Shown piece after piece: positions 1 through 9,784 of a stretch of DNA of 64,000 nt (position 1 is the stretch's first letter; each line of letters starts with the position of its first letter). The stretch lies in assembly GCA_963663965.2 (NCBI GenBank), contig CAXXFK010000015.1, forward strand, positions 64,001 through 128,000, given 5' to 3'. This DNA is from Sedimentisphaerales bacterium (GTDB taxonomy: Bacteria > Planctomycetota > Phycisphaerae > Sedimentisphaerales > SM23-30). Below the pieces are notes generated by a model. It did no database searches and was not told where the DNA came from. It saw only the letters and a program-made list of their open reading frames with translations. The translations under genes were made by a program, and so were the position numbers.

Positions 1-2
1 TA

Positions 3-89
3 CAGACTCTGGGGGTGCTGGGATACCTGGCAGCCGCAGTCATGGGGCTCTGGCTGGTATTTTCCATTATTCGCAGCCGCAAGTATTAA
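3..89 (+). CDS. C-terminal fragment of a membrane-anchored protein, probably AarF/UbiB (ABC1) kinase family; truncated by window edge
   Basis: Manual translation QTLGVLGYLAAAVMGLWLVFSIIRSRKY*, which resembles the terminal TM helix plus basic tail of ABC1/UbiB proteins. Confidence 0.5.
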   Translation, partial: QTLGVLGYLAAAVMGLWLVFSIIRSRKY

Positions 90-112
90 CTTCTCTTCAT
101 ATCTCATTCAAT

Positions 113-925
113 TCATTCGGTATGACAGCTATCCAGAAATTGTATCAGAATCTGGTTAAATTCATCTGGATTGTCACCACAGGCATTATGCCCGGCATCC
201 GGTATAACCGCAAATCGCGCATCAGGTAATGAGCGAACCCATTTGCGCGATAACAGAGGTATTGTCCCCAACCCAACCCAGTAATCATGACTCCCATGAC
301 AAATCATCATTGGTAATTGTAGCTGATAATCAGGCTCGAAATGGTCACAAGAACAGATAGCGTTCCAAATCTTTAGAAACTCCTGACGATTTATTTGCCT
401 CGCCAGACGTTCGGCATTTTGACGGGCCCAGGGGCCTGTCCCGGCACATAAACCCGCCAGCTTATGCAAAATCGGTAACGGACACAACCAGAACCCTATA
501 CGACTCAAAGGTTTGATTAGATTCACAAACCAGGGTTGCCTGGCTGTAATGCAGAGACTGCCCAGAATCAATGCTGCCCGCGCACGTTCTGGAAAGCGAA
601 AAATGAGTTCCTGTATGATCATGCCTCCCATTGAATGCCCAAAATGCAACGCCCGATCAATTCCGGCATGATCCATAATGGCTCGTAAATCTTCGGCTGC
701 CAAACCAATGGTAATATCCTGTCCCATGGGTTTCGACCGACCGTGTCCTCTGACATCCCAGGCCAGAACACGATACCCTGCCTGACGTACAGCGGCAAAC
801 TGCTGTTCAAACATTTCGTGTGACATGGTCATGCCATGGGTAAACACCACCACCGGCCCCGATTGATTATCCAAACGATAATACAATCGGCATCCATCCT
901 TCTCAAAACAATGTTCCGAATTCAT
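113..925 (-). CDS. Alpha/beta-fold hydrolase
   Basis: HG oxyanion motif, DxRGHGRS, GHSMGG nucleophile elbow, C-terminal AGH; start moved to ATG 925 (MNSEH) to avoid a long overlap with umuC. Confidence 0.85.
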   Translation of the reverse strand: MNSEHCFEKDGCRLYYRLDNQSGPVVVFTHGMTMSHEMFEQQFAAVRQAGYRVLAWDVRGHGRSKPMGQDITIGLAAEDLRAIMDHAGIDRALHFGHSMGGMIIQELIFRFPERARAALILGSLCITARQPWFVNLIKPLSRIGFWLCPLPILHKLAGLCAGTGPWARQNAERLARQINRQEFLKIWNAICSCDHFEPDYQLQLPMMICHGSHDYWVGLGTIPLLSRKWVRSLPDARFAVIPDAGHNACGDNPDEFNQILIQFLDSCHTE

Positions 926-2219
926 TTGTATTCCCCGAAGTCCTCTCGCCATTCCGTTTAGCCCGAACCCGCAACAGATCGCTCCATTGTGTGGTATAAT
1001 GGGGTGAACGCCGGTTGGCAATCATTTTCCAGGGCTTGTCCAACCCGGCTGCGGCAAACTGCAAATTACCATCCAGGCGAAAATTGATTCGATCAACCAC
1101 CGCCATTAGTTTGCCACTGCGATGACGGTCAACATCATCAAACAAATTGAGTTGCACCTGTTCCTGAGGAACCAATCTTTCCAGCATAATACCTGCTTTT
1201 TTAAAGCGGCATCCCGATCGGTAAATCTGGTCAGTCAATTGCAGCGCGTAATGAATCAATTCTGCCGTATCATTGGTGGCAACGGGCAGTTCCATTGCCT
1301 TGACATTGCAATAACGGGTTTCATTTTCTTTAAAGATATTCGTCCGTACATACACCGCCAGCATACCCGCCGCCAACCGCTGGCGCCGCAATTTAAAAGC
1401 TCCCCGTGTCACATAACTGGCTACGGCCTCGCGCAGTTCTTCCAAAGTTTCCACCGGCCGGCCAAATGAACGGGACGCCGCTACATTTTTGTTTGGCGGC
1501 GGATTCACTTCCAGTCCAAAACGTGATTCACCTCGTAATTCATGGACGAGTTTTACTCCCATGACATTCAATTTACGTAAAATAAGATCATCGTCAGCAT
1601 TATGTAATTGCCAGGCGGTTTTGATTCCCAATTTGCGAAGCCGTGCGGCAAACCCCGGTCCAATACCCCAGATATCCCCCACTTCAATACACCCCAGCAC
1701 TTGAGCCAATTGATCCATTTTCAGGACATAAGTCCCGACACTACCCGGAGTTTTTTTAGCAATATGGCTGGCAATCTTAGCCAGAGTTTTCGTGGGCGCG
1801 ATCCCCACCGATACCGGAATCCCGGTCCATTGCAATACGGTCTGGCGAATTTCGCGGCCACAGGCCGGCAGATCTGCTACAGCCAAACCATCCAATCCCA
1901 GAAACGCTTCATCGATCGAATAAATCTCCAGGTCCGGGGTAAAGGTTCCCAGCGTTTCCATCACCCGGCGCGACATATCACCATACAGAGCGTAGTTGGA
2001 TGAATAAACCTCAATTCCGTGTTTTTCGATTTGTGCCCGAATCTGAAACGCGGGAATTCCCATTTTTATGCCAAGGGCCTTGACTTCATTGGAACGCGCG
2101 ACGACACAACCGTCATTGTTGCTCAAGACGACCACTGGCCGGCCCTGTAACGCCGGGTTAAATACCCGTTCGCACGACACATAAAAATTATTACAATCTA
2201 CCAGAGCAAACATATTCAA
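903..2219 (-). CDS. umuC: Y-family translesion DNA polymerase, UmuC type
   Basis: [27 protein letters not shown] motifs; C-terminal W..SPHYTT..W tail; next to umuD. Confidence 0.92.
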   Translation of the reverse strand: MNMFALVDCNNFYVSCERVFNPALQGRPVVVLSNNDGCVVARSNEVKALGIKMGIPAFQIRAQIEKHGIEVYSSNYALYGDMSRRVMETLGTFTPDLEIYSIDEAFLGLDGLAVADLPACGREIRQTVLQWTGIPVSVGIAPTKTLAKIASHIAKKTPGSVGTYVLKMDQLAQVLGCIEVGDIWGIGPGFAARLRKLGIKTAWQLHNADDDLILRKLNVMGVKLVHELRGESRFGLEVNPPPNKNVAASRSFGRPVETLEELREAVASYVTRGAFKLRRQRLAAGMLAVYVRTNIFKENETRYCNVKAMELPVATNDTAELIHYALQLTDQIYRSGCRFKKAGIMLERLVPQEQVQLNLFDDVDRHRSGKLMAVVDRINFRLDGNLQFAAAGLDKPWKMIANRRSPHYTTQWSDLLRVRAKRNGERTSGNTNEFGTLF

Positions 2220-2242
2220 TACCTGTCAGATAATCCGGATCG

Positions 2243-2677
2243 CTACAACGAATGGATGACATGCCTGACCACACCCCAGATTTCAAATTCTTCCTCATCG
2301 CTTACAGACTGGGATGTATAGTTACGATTTTCCGGCACCAGGGTAATTCGTCGGTTTTTAATCCGCATTCGCTTAACGGTCAGTTCGCCATTAACGGCCG
2401 CAATAACAACATCCTTGTCTTTGGGACGGCAGGAACGGTCTACAATCAGCAGATCGCCATCGTGAATTCCCGCATCAATCATCGAATCGCCGGTTACACG
2501 GACAAAATAGGTTGCCGCCGGGCGCTGGATCAGGAATTTATTCAAGTCTAACTGGCCTTCAATGTAATCATCGGCCGGCGAAGGAAATCCGGCCGGGACA
2601 GCAGTTACATAAAGCGGCCGTAGACATTCCGTGCGGCAATCCGGGGAAAAAATAGCGTTAACAGTCGTTTTTTTCAT
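2243..2677 (-). CDS. umuD: UmuD-type S24 autopeptidase subunit
   Basis: AGFPSPA self-cleavage site, GDSM catalytic Ser, TVKR catalytic Lys; no N-terminal HTH. Confidence 0.9.
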   Translation of the reverse strand: MKKTTVNAIFSPDCRTECLRPLYVTAVPAGFPSPADDYIEGQLDLNKFLIQRPAATYFVRVTGDSMIDAGIHDGDLLIVDRSCRPKDKDVVIAAVNGELTVKRMRIKNRRITLVPENRNYTSQSVSDEEEFEIWGVVRHVIHSL

Positions 2678-2683
2678 ATCGTT

Positions 2684-2711
2684 ATTATACCTGATTCCGA
2701 TATGGTCGGAA
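2684..2711 (-). promoter_or_regulatory. umuDC promoter: -10 TATAAT plus inverted repeat TTCCGA-N5-TCGGAA
   Basis: TATAAT on minus strand at 2684-2689, 6 nt before the ATG; perfect 6-bp inverted repeat at 2695-2711. Confidence 0.5.
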
Positions 2712-2779
2712 ATTAAAAGTTAACAATATTAATAATGATAAGAAATCGGGCTCCCAAGGACTTAAGGCATAAGAACATC

Positions 2780-2808
2780 TTGACATTTACCTTGCCTAAC
2801 CTTATGAT
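2780..2808 (+). promoter_or_regulatory. Sigma70-type promoter of the ABC/ECF operon
   Basis: TTGACA (2780-2785), 17-nt spacer, TATGAT (2803-2808); AAGGAGG RBS before 2871. Confidence 0.7.
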
Positions 2809-2870
2809 CAAGCCGCCTTCAACTGGTTATCTTATATGTAGTTATCTAATTTTTATAAGAAGGAGGCCCC

Positions 2871-3812
2871 ATGGCATTATTGGAAATTAACCAACTGAGG
2901 AAGGAATATGCCTCACTGGTCGCGGTGAATGACCTGAACCTGACAATCGATAAGGGGCAGGTGCTGGGCTTAATTGGCCCCAATGGAGCGGGTAAGACGA
3001 CACTGTTACGAATGCTGGCGACGGTTTTACCCCCTACTGATGGGACGGCCCTGATTGACAGTATTGATCTGAGAAAGAAACCGTTGGAAATCCGTAAGAA
3101 AATCGGGTATCTGCCCGACTTTTTTAATTTGTATCGGGATCTGACTTTGACGGAATGTCTGGACTTTTTTGCCCGGGCCTACCAAGTTCCCACCAGTCAA
3201 ATACCCGCACGAATTGCCGAAGTGCTGGACTATGTCAATCTGACCTCCAAGCAGCATGATTTTGTCCGACATCTGTCACGCGGCATGGTTCAGCGCCTGG
3301 GGTTGGCTGTTTTGCTGGTCCATGATCCGGATATCCTGCTACTGGATGAGCCGGCATCCGGATTGGATCCCATGGCGCGTATCCAGCTACGGGATATCCT
3401 CAAGCGATTGAGTTCTGAAGGAAAAACAATTGTCATATCATCTCACATCTTAACGGAACTGGCAGGATTCTGTACCCATGTTGGGATTATGAACCAGGGG
3501 AATCTGGTTTTGTCGGGTAGTATCGATGAAATTGAACGGGAAATTTCCGGAAGTGGTAAAATCATTTTAAAAATACTGGAAGATTCAGAGCGGGCGAGCT
3601 CTTTGATTCGTGATTTTCCAGGCATCATTCTGGAAGAGGCGTTCGATTCAACCTTCCATATTTCGGTTGAGTCGGGACCGGAAACAGTCGCGGCACTGAA
3701 CGCACATCTGGTATCGAACCATATTCGTGTAATCCATATTTCCGAACGCAAGAGCAGTCTGGAAGATCTGTTTATGCAGATATCCCGGGATAAAAATCTG
3801 ACTGTCAGCTAG
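2871..3812 (+). CDS. ABC transporter ATP-binding protein (ABC-2 type)
   Basis: Walker A GPNGAGKTT, signature LSRGM, Walker B LLLDEP, SSH switch. Confidence 0.95.
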   Translation: MALLEINQLRKEYASLVAVNDLNLTIDKGQVLGLIGPNGAGKTTLLRMLATVLPPTDGTALIDSIDLRKKPLEIRKKIGYLPDFFNLYRDLTLTECLDFFARAYQVPTSQIPARIAEVLDYVNLTSKQHDFVRHLSRGMVQRLGLAVLLVHDPDILLLDEPASGLDPMARIQLRDILKRLSSEGKTIVISSHILTELAGFCTHVGIMNQGNLVLSGSIDEIEREISGSGKIILKILEDSERASSLIRDFPGIILEEAFDSTFHISVESGPETVAALNAHLVSNHIRVIHISERKSSLEDLFMQISRDKNLTVS

Positions 3813-3825
3813 AACAGGAGGCACC

Positions 3826-5280
3826 ATGTTTAACAATCCAATCATCCGCCGTTATCAATATTCGCAGTTTCGTCCACAACAGTTCTGGACATTCGGGACA
3901 CTTTATACGGCCCTGGTTTTATTAATCCTGTTTATTAATACCTCGCTTTTCCATGCCACCAATCAATTTGATAGCAAACAGGAATTATATCAGGCTCTCT
4001 TTATTCAGTTTGCGGTACTCCAACTGCTTATTGCCTGGATTATCCTGCCTTTTAATGGATCGAATGTGATTCCACGTGAGATCGCTGACCGGTCTTATGA
4101 CTTTTTCCGGATGCTGCCATTACCTGCCTGGCAGAAAACTACCGGGATTATCATCGGGCGCAATCTGTTTGGCTGGGTGATCGCCTTGATCAACCTGGTC
4201 TTTTTTACCTATTTTGCTTATGCGGCTGATATAACAATCAATCTTATCCTTCAGTTTTTACTAACGATCACCTGTGTTACGATGGTATTTAATTGTGCAG
4301 GATTGCTACTGTCACAAATGACTACCAAGAAAGGGAAACCCACCAGTAATATTGCTTTGGTAATCGTAGTCTTTGTGTTCTTTGGTCCATTTATCGGTGG
4401 AATGAGTGAGATGCTGGAGAGTGACAAACTGGAAAACGCGAGAATCTGGTTTGGCAATAATCAGATTCCGGCGTTGATCCTGGTAAGTGGCTATACCTTG
4501 ATTACGGCAATCTGGATGTTTATTGGCAATGGCAGACGCTTTAACCGTGAATTTGAACCGCTTTTCAGTCGTCCGGGTGAATATATCTTCAGTATTTGTT
4601 ATCTGATCCAAGTGTTTTTGGTCATGTATCACTATCTTTACGATGGTTATGAAGATCGCGAGGAAAGTATACAAATCTATTATTTTGTCACCGTATTGCC
4701 CATGCTTTTTATCCCGTTTCTATCCGTTCGATCTGTCGATACCTATCTGGAAATTACTCGATTACATCCGCCGGGAAAGGGATTGTTATCCAAAGTCTTT
4801 CTGCATTCAAACTTTTATTCAAGTTTATGTTTATTTGTGCTATGGGGAATATCGGCTGGCATTGTAACCCTGACTGGCAACTATGCCATAGATGATTTCT
4901 GGTTGATTCTGATTTTATTACTGCCCTCTTATGTCGTATTTATTGGCCTGGTTGAGTTATTTACGATTTATATCATCAAAAATGAAAAAATCGGATTTCT
5001 GCTGGTTTTTCTAGGCGCCTTATACCTGTTTCTCCCATTGATTCTGGCTGCTCTGTTTGAATCGGAAGAATTACTTCGTTTCAGTCCGATCGGCCGATTT
5101 TTTAAGCTGGAAAAGATGTATCAGCCGGATCAAATCATTCCGGTTCTGTTAGTCGATCTGGTATTTCTTATTCCCATCCTGATTCTTATTTTCAGGAACT
5201 ATTCAGCGATAGCTGAGATTCGGGGGTTGCTGGAGAGTATCGCGCAGAAGAAAGCGAATCAATCGAATTCCACCGTTTAA
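3826..5280 (+). CDS. Polytopic membrane protein, probable ABC permease
   Basis: Many hydrophobic segments; RE..RSYDFFRMLPL loop reminiscent of ABC-2 permeases; AGGAGG RBS; follows ATPase. Confidence 0.7.
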   Translation: MFNNPIIRRYQYSQFRPQQFWTFGTLYTALVLLILFINTSLFHATNQFDSKQELYQALFIQFAVLQLLIAWIILPFNGSNVIPREIADRSYDFFRMLPLPAWQKTTGIIIGRNLFGWVIALINLVFFTYFAYAADITINLILQFLLTITCVTMVFNCAGLLLSQMTTKKGKPTSNIALVIVVFVFFGPFIGGMSEMLESDKLENARIWFGNNQIPALILVSGYTLITAIWMFIGNGRRFNREFEPLFSRPGEYIFSICYLIQVFLVMYHYLYDGYEDREESIQIYYFVTVLPMLFIPFLSVRSVDTYLEITRLHPPGKGLLSKVFLHSNFYSSLCLFVLWGISAGIVTLTGNYAIDDFWLILILLLPSYVVFIGLVELFTIYIIKNEKIGFLLVFLGALYLFLPLILAALFESEELLRFSPIGRFFKLEKMYQPDQIIPVLLVDLVFLIPILILIFRNYSAIAEIRGLLESIAQKKANQSNSTV

Positions 5281-5300
5281 CCTGATATGGAAGCAGCCTG

Positions 5301-5843
5301 TTGGACCTGAGAACCGACCAGGAATTGATAGTTCAGATTAATCGCGGACAAACCGAAGCGTTTGAGACGCTCTACTTTCGCTATCGGGACTGGGTCTATC
5401 AACTGGCCTGGCGGATGATCTTGCGGAACGATCTGGCGGAAGATATTGTTCAGGAGGTCTTTATCTACCTTCTGGGTAAAGTGCCCAACCTGATATTGAC
5501 CTGTCAAATGAAATCATTTCTTTATCCGGTGGCCCGGCATACGGCTTTGAATCTGATTAAAAAGGAACGACGGACGGTATCTGATGATGAGCTGTTATCG
5601 GGTGTTCCCTCGATACCGAATGAGAGCCCGGATGCCAATATTGGGGATCTGGCAATAGCGCTGGGGAATCTGAAAGCCAGCCAACGGGAGGTGGTATTGA
5701 TGCGGTTTGTGGATGGGATGACGCTGGAGGAGATTGCCGGGGCGCTGGAGCAGCCGCTAAATACGGTTAAATCCCATCTTTACCGATCTCTTGATATATT
5801 GAGAGAGGATCCCAAGGCGCGAAACTATTTTTTGCCGGATTAA
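5301..5843 (+). CDS. ECF (sigma-70 family) RNA polymerase sigma factor
   Basis: Region 2 AFETLYFRY...AEDIVQEVF; region 4 QREVVLMRFVDGMTLEEIA...TVKSHLYR; TTG start. Confidence 0.93.
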   Translation: MDLRTDQELIVQINRGQTEAFETLYFRYRDWVYQLAWRMILRNDLAEDIVQEVFIYLLGKVPNLILTCQMKSFLYPVARHTALNLIKKERRTVSDDELLSGVPSIPNESPDANIGDLAIALGNLKASQREVVLMRFVDGMTLEEIAGALEQPLNTVKSHLYRSLDILREDPKARNYFLPD

Positions 5844-5951
5844 CTGCTGTGTCGTAATCTTCTAATTTAACAGCACTTAAGTCGCACATCCTTTTTTTAT
5901 TATTTTGCAACTTTTGCCCAGGCCAAACTGCTTGAGCAGATGGAGATTCTT

Positions 5952-6482
5952 ATGCGTTTTGATGAGCCTGAACAATATGATCGAGATACCCAGCCGCTGC
6001 AAGAGAGCCTGCGGGAATTATATCATGCTGATAGTCCACTCAGCCGGGAGGTTGACCGTCGGGTGCTGGCAAAGGCTGAGAAGCAGCTGCGCGGGGTGCG
6101 GAATCGGCAAATGTGGCGGCGCTGGGCGGGAGTGGCGGCGGCCGCGGTATTGATTTTTGGATTTATGACCTACTGGAACAACAACCGGGAAACAGCCGAA
6201 AAGCCTTTGGTTGCGGCAAGTCCTTATGATATGGATGCTAATGGTAAGACTAATATTCTGGATGCTTTTTTACTGGCCCGGTCGATTGAAAAGGCCGAGG
6301 TCAAGCCGGCCAGGGGGGACATTAATCAGGATGGCCGGATCGATCAGATGGATGTGGATCTGATTGCCATGGAGGCGGTAAAACTGGAGACGACGGTCGC
6401 TTATCATATTCCCGCTGACTTGAATACGGAACAAATGGTCTGGATTGAAAGACCGGGCCCAGATGGGAGCAACCTGCAATGA
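5952..6482 (+). CDS. Putative anti-sigma factor: short cytoplasmic N-terminus, one TM helix, extracytoplasmic dockerin domain
   Basis: TM WAGVAAAAVLIFGFMTYW after RR; duplicated Ca-binding dockerin repeats DMDANGKTNILDAFLL and GDINQDGRIDQMDVDLI (about 6225-6380); directly downstream of the ECF gene; GGAG before ATG 5952 (alternative start 5940). Confidence 0.75.
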   Translation: MRFDEPEQYDRDTQPLQESLRELYHADSPLSREVDRRVLAKAEKQLRGVRNRQMWRRWAGVAAAAVLIFGFMTYWNNNRETAEKPLVAASPYDMDANGKTNILDAFLLARSIEKAEVKPARGDINQDGRIDQMDVDLIAMEAVKLETTVAYHIPADLNTEQMVWIERPGPDGSNLQ

Positions 6483-6922
6483 AAAAAAGATGGTTGATGG
6501 CGTTGATTTTAGTATCGATACTGACCGGATTGCCGGCCCAGAACCAGCGGCCGGAGGTTCGGTTTGTTCCGTTAGAGATTATGATCGACAGCGGGCATGA
6601 GACGCTGGCGGCCTGGCAGTTTGAACTGACGATCAAACAGGGAAACGCTACTATTGTCGGGATTGAAAACGGGGAACATCCGGCATTTGGCCAACCGCCC
6701 TACTACGACCCGGCGGCGCTTTATCGTGAGAACCGGATTATTGTGGCCGCATTTAGTACGGGAAACAACCTGCCAACCGGAAAGACCCGGGTTGCCACGG
6801 TTCATTTACGTATTAAGGGTGATATAGAGCCAATTTACCAAATCGATCTGCAAACGGCGGCCGATCAGGAAGGGAATGAAATTGAGCCCAAAATCAGCTA
6901 TCGTGAAGGAGCTATTCAATGA
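6479..6922 (+). CDS. Secreted single-domain protein, cohesin-like beta-sandwich
   Basis: Signal peptide MKKRWLMALILVSILTGLPA; alternating beta pattern VPLEIMID...LAAWQFEL...RIIVAAF...G..RVATVHLRI...AD.EG.EI; ATGA overlap with the dockerin gene. Confidence 0.55.
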   Translation: MKKRWLMALILVSILTGLPAQNQRPEVRFVPLEIMIDSGHETLAAWQFELTIKQGNATIVGIENGEHPAFGQPPYYDPAALYRENRIIVAAFSTGNNLPTGKTRVATVHLRIKGDIEPIYQIDLQTAADQEGNEIEPKISYREGAIQ

Positions 6923-9315
6923 TCAGATGGAAATATTATTGCCTTATCCTGTTAAGTTTGGTTGCGTTGATTATTATTGGCTGCGCGATGCCGAATATAT
7001 CCCAAACCGGGCAAACCTATCAAGGATTTTCATCATCAGACCAGAAAACGCAAACAGATTCTGAATCTGAAAATTCTGAGGAAAAGGCTATTCAAGAGCA
7101 GATTCTTACAGAGCGTATTTTACAAGCAGAAAGAGAAAAATTATTATATCAAGAGCCTCCCCTTGAATCGAGAGTACCCGACATACTATATGGTGCAGAT
7201 CCAAATCCTGGACAGAATTATATTTCAAACCGATATCGTTTCCCAACACAAGAAGAATGGAATAGAATTAAAGACTCACGTGGCGGCATGATGGGTGGTG
7301 GATTGGATTATATGACTAATCTCGACACACCCCAAATCAGATCCAGGGCTATGCCTTATAGGGCTAACCGTCAATCCGGGATACAAGAACTGATGCAAAA
7401 TGGTGAATTGCTGCAACTTTTGGATAAGGACAGTTATGAGGTCTGGGTATTGATTAAACCTGAAGCGTTTGAGTATCAGGAACAATCGGGTCATTGCGGG
7501 GCGATGACGACCCTGGTTGAGGAGAAGGAGGTGCCTTTACCATTGAAGCATACGGATGTTCGTGGCCAGGTCAGCGGGTATATTGCCACGGTGTCGGTTA
7601 CGCAGCAGTTTCATAATCCGTTCGATAAAAAGATTGAGGCGGTTTACGTCTTTCCATTGCCGCAGAACGCGGCAGTGAATGAATTTGTGATGACAATTGG
7701 CGACCGGAAGATCCGCGGGATTATCCGAGAACGCCAAGAGGCAGAGCAAATCTATCGAGAGGCCCGTCAACAGGGGTTCCGGGCGGCATTACTGAATCAG
7801 GAACGGCCCAATATCTTTACGCAGAAGGTGGCGAATATCGAGCCGGGCAAGGAGATTGATGTCAATATCCATTATTTCAATACTCTGGCCTATCGGGAGG
7901 GGTGGTATGAATTCGTTTTTCCGATGGTAGTCGGGCCCCGGTATAATCCGGCGGGATCTACAGATGGCGTTGGCGCAGTGGCCCGTGATCAAACCGGCGC
8001 TTCGGGACAGGATACCGAAGTGACCTATCTGGCGCCTACGGAACGCAGCGGGCATGATATCGACCTGCAATTGACAATTGACGCAGGCGTCGCAATTGAA
8101 GAGGTGGAATGCCTCAGTCACGCGATTGTCAAGGAGAGTCTGGATAATAACCAGGTGGCCGTACGAATCAATCCGAGAGACCGTATTCCGAACAAGGATT
8201 TTGTCTTGAGATATCGCGTGGCGGGAGACCGGGTAAAAAGTTCCTTGCTGACCCATAACGATCCACGAGGGAATTATTTTACGTTGATGTTGTATCCGCC
8301 TGATGATCTGAAAAGGCTCAAGCGTGCGCCGATGGAGATGATTTTTGTGCTGGATTGTTCGGGCAGTATGGGCGGACGGCCGATCGAACTGGCCAAAGGC
8401 GCTATTATCCGGGCTTTGCAACAATTGGAGGATGGTGATAGCTTTCAGGTGATTCGTTTTTCCAATGACGCATCACAACTGGGAGCCCAGCCATTAAAAG
8501 CCACTGATACGAATATCCGAAAGGCCATCAAGTACGTGGAAGCATTGGAGGGCCAGGGCGGGACGGAGATGATTGAAGGGATCAAAGCGGCATTGGATTT
8601 TGACCATGATCCGAAGCGGTTGCGAGTGGTATCCTTCATGACGGATGGTTATATCGGTAATGAGGCTGATATTCTGGCGGCGGTCCACGAGAAAGTGGGC
8701 GGAAGCCGTATCTTCAGTTTTGGGGTCGGGTCATCGGTCAACCGATTCCTGCTTGAACGAATGGCAGGGCTGGGCCGGGGCGCGGTGGCTTATATTACTT
8801 TGAATGATCCAGTTGTCGATGTGGTCGATCGATTCTACGAATGCATCAGTCACCCGGCCCTGACCGATATCCAGATCGACTGGGGCGCTATGCAGGTCAG
8901 CGATGTTTATCCTGCGAAAATGAGTGACCTGTTCGTCGGACGACCGGTGATTATTACCGGGAAATACCAGGGACAGGGCCGGAGCGTGATCCGAATCTCG
9001 GGCAATGTCGGGCCGTATGAACACAGTTTTACGGTTCCGGTTGACCTGGATCATCCGGGGCAGCATGAAGGGATCGCCTGTGTATGGGCACGCAAGAAGA
9101 TCGAACAACTCAATAATCACTATCTGGCGATTCAGGAGCCGGGCCTGCCTGAGCAGATTCAGTCGGTGGCGCTGGAATATGGCCTGATGAGCGCCTATAC
9201 CAGCTTTATCGCGGTTGACAGCGCCTATCGCACTGAAGGAGATCATGGCATTTCACTGGCGGTGCCGGTACCAGTCCCTGACGGCGTTCGTTATGAGACT
9301 ACTATTCAACAATAA
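6919..9315 (+). CDS. VIT + vWA domain lipoprotein (inter-alpha-trypsin inhibitor-like)
   Basis: Lipobox IIIGC; VIT motifs F.NP..IEAVYVFPLP and Q.RPNIFTQ.VANI.PG; MIDAS DCSGSM, GGTE, TDG; ATGA overlap. Confidence 0.88.
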   Translation: MIRWKYYCLILLSLVALIIIGCAMPNISQTGQTYQGFSSSDQKTQTDSESENSEEKAIQEQILTERILQAEREKLLYQEPPLESRVPDILYGADPNPGQNYISNRYRFPTQEEWNRIKDSRGGMMGGGLDYMTNLDTPQIRSRAMPYRANRQSGIQELMQNGELLQLLDKDSYEVWVLIKPEAFEYQEQSGHCGAMTTLVEEKEVPLPLKHTDVRGQVSGYIATVSVTQQFHNPFDKKIEAVYVFPLPQNAAVNEFVMTIGDRKIRGIIRERQEAEQIYREARQQGFRAALLNQERPNIFTQKVANIEPGKEIDVNIHYFNTLAYREGWYEFVFPMVVGPRYNPAGSTDGVGAVARDQTGASGQDTEVTYLAPTERSGHDIDLQLTIDAGVAIEEVECLSHAIVKESLDNNQVAVRINPRDRIPNKDFVLRYRVAGDRVKSSLLTHNDPRGNYFTLMLYPPDDLKRLKRAPMEMIFVLDCSGSMGGRPIELAKGAIIRALQQLEDGDSFQVIRFSNDASQLGAQPLKATDTNIRKAIKYVEALEGQGGTEMIEGIKAALDFDHDPKRLRVVSFMTDGYIGNEADILAAVHEKVGGSRIFSFGVGSSVNRFLLERMAGLGRGAVAYITLNDPVVDVVDRFYECISHPALTDIQIDWGAMQVSDVYPAKMSDLFVGRPVIITGKYQGQGRSVIRISGNVGPYEHSFTVPVDLDHPGQHEGIACVWARKKIEQLNNHYLAIQEPGLPEQIQSVALEYGLMSAYTSFIAVDSAYRTEGDHGISLAVPVPVPDGVRYETTIQQ

Positions 9316-9328
9316 CCTGGAGCAAATT

Positions 9329-9784
9329 ATGAAAGCAATTTTTCGGATCTTTACTTTAACGCTGTGTGTTATTCTATTAACGGGATGTCATACAATGCGA
9401 GAGCAGCGTACTCTTGTCACTGCTGAAAACTATAACACCATCTGCGATATGGCGTGGACCCTGCAAACGATGACACTCGATGGTGTGGACTATGACCTGA
9501 AAGAGACTGGCTCCTTTCTGCAATTTTCGCAGGATGGCAAGGTCTCGGGCAAGGCTCCGGTCAACCGGTTGTTTGGTTCGATGGCAATCGACAATCAAGG
9601 GCAGGTGACATGGCCGAAGGTATTTGGAACCACCCGAATGGCCGGACCTGAAGAAGCGATGAAACTGGAATCCAGTTTTCTGGCGGCGCTGCCGAAAACA
9701 GCACACATCACCAGAGATGGACTGGTCCTTTATATTTCCAGCCTGGATAACCAAACTAAACTGGTTTTTATCGTTCTGCCGTAA
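9329..9784 (+). CDS. META/HslJ-domain lipoprotein
   Basis: Lipobox LLTGC; W.L..., LQF..DGKVSG...NR.FG, TRMAG.E..M..E..FL.AL; GGAG RBS before 9329. Confidence 0.8.
   Translation: MKAIFRIFTLTLCVILLTGCHTMREQRTLVTAENYNTICDMAWTLQTMTLDGVDYDLKETGSFLQFSQDGKVSGKAPVNRLFGSMAIDNQGQVTWPKVFGTTRMAGPEEAMKLESSFLAALPKTAHITRDGLVLYISSLDNQTKLVFIVLP

Noticed and set aside
903..2677. umuDC as a sign of a prophage or ICE
   Set aside because: No integrase, phage, relaxase or att-like signals nearby
5952..6922. Cellulosome or scaffoldin locus
   Set aside because: Only one dockerin and one cohesin-like domain, neither attached to a CAZyme or a multi-cohesin scaffold
7789..9246. Antisense ORFs of 211 and 171 aa within the VIT-vWA gene
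   Set aside because: Shadow frames of a well-supported gene, with no motifs
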